DNA of 64,000 nucleotides from Psilocybe cubensis (Eukaryota): NCBI GenBank assembly GCA_017499595.2, contig CM039005.1, positions 2,294,001 to 2,358,000 of the forward strand, read 5' to 3'. Shown piece by piece: positions 63,005 to 64,000 of this stretch (position 1 is its first letter; each line of letters starts with the position of its first letter). The notes under the pieces were generated by a model. It saw only the letters and a program-made list of their open reading frames with translations, ran no database searches and was not told where the DNA came from. The position numbers and the translations under genes were made by a program.

Positions 63005-64000
63005 ATGGCGAGAGTGCCACCAGAGCTCTTGTCACTCATATTTCAGATCCTCGAGAACGAGAAGGAGTGGAATACTTTAAAAGCATGTTCTCTTCTATCC
63101 CATGACAATCACTCTCGTGTTCTTCCACTGCTCTTCAGAACGATAACTCTCCGTTTGAGGAGCCAGCCTAGCCCCATTGTCATTCGCGATGTAGTCCGGC
63201 GCGTTGACGGACTATGCAACCTGTTCCAAAAGAGACCACATACTAGAGGATTTGTTAAAACCTTTGAACTACTTGATTCTTATCCGGTATACAATTCTCA
63301 GTGGATAACCCAACAAAAGTCTCTACCCCGACTCTTGGATATGCTTCACAGTGTTCGACAGCTCACTTTTGGATGCGAAGTGGGGTTTCTTCATTGGAAT
63401 CAATTTTCGCCAGAACTACGATGCTCTTTGCTGTTCTTATTCCTTTCACCATCTCTCAAGATGCTCAGCCTTGCCAACCTAGGATCGCTTCCTGTGTCGG
63501 CACTCAACACCTGCACTCATTATCTCTCCCTTAATAACGTACTTACATTACGTCCTGAGTCTTATCTTCCTTCTGGACACTGGATAGAAGACCCACCCGC
63601 GCATCCGAAGGCTGAGCTCAGATACCTCAGCGTTCGTACCGAGTCCACTGCCAACACCAATGCCACATGGAGTGTCATGCTAACACATGCGGATAAAATC
63701 AAGGTTATAAAATGGCGTTGCTGGGAAGGTATGTCATATTTTTATCCTGGTTGTTTTCCGTTTCATCGACATCAAAACATCTGACGGGTCTTGTAGACAC
63801 TCAAATTGTCAATGGCATGAGTTTTCCAGGAAACATTGACCTGGGCAGGCTTAATGCGTTGAAGAAGTTTTCCGTTCGCATGTCTTTTGGGAAAGTGGGA
63901 CGAGACCTGCTAGGCTTTGTGCAAGCACTCGAATCAATTACACGGCCAAGTAATATGGTTTGCCTCAACATCTCAATCCTCTTTCCGCTGCATCACAATG
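63005..64000 (+). CDS. F-box-like / LRR-like protein (runs off the window)
   Basis: MARVPPELLSLIFQIL..TLKACSLLS..LPLLFRTITL, the N-terminal F-box-like pattern common in agarics, followed by LxxLxL repeats. Intron at ~63729-63796, and the frame continues to the end of the window. Confidence 0.75.

Overview
Eukaryotic, intron-rich DNA whose short GT-AG introns and gene families point to a basidiomycete (probably an agaric). The left half is mostly housekeeping: a Sos7-like kinetochore gene, a membrane-anchored GH27 alpha-galactosidase, GPI8, a SAP30BP/HCNGP-like gene, a proline iminopeptidase plus its pseudogene, and an enolase-superfamily dehydratase. Three co-oriented Tup1-type WD40 corepressor copies are present: a compact intact copy, a pseudogene, and a ~1,340-aa repeat-inflated copy inside an ~11-kb microsatellite-saturated island that also holds a 709-bp TIR/TSD MITE. 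Two items stand out, both only partly visible in the ORF track because of introns. (1) At 52.6-59.2 kb, three spliced genes encode secreted precursors in which acidic spacers ending in Arg flank cationic amphipathic cores (SKIGDRIKGFFKKVWHGIKKVAKVIL; SKIGHFFHKLWHGIKKVASVVI; APFFPLIFAALRIGAQVGARVGSRVASKVGRK...). All three end in -ELD and are interleaved with two alpha/beta-hydrolase paralogs. This architecture resembles animal linear antimicrobial/cytolytic peptide precursors. (2) At 27.3-28.4 kb, a signal-peptide protein carries a domain that aligns by eye with MazF/PemK endoribonuclease toxins, followed by an Arg-rich tail. All family calls come from manual translation and motif recognition; no database search was run.
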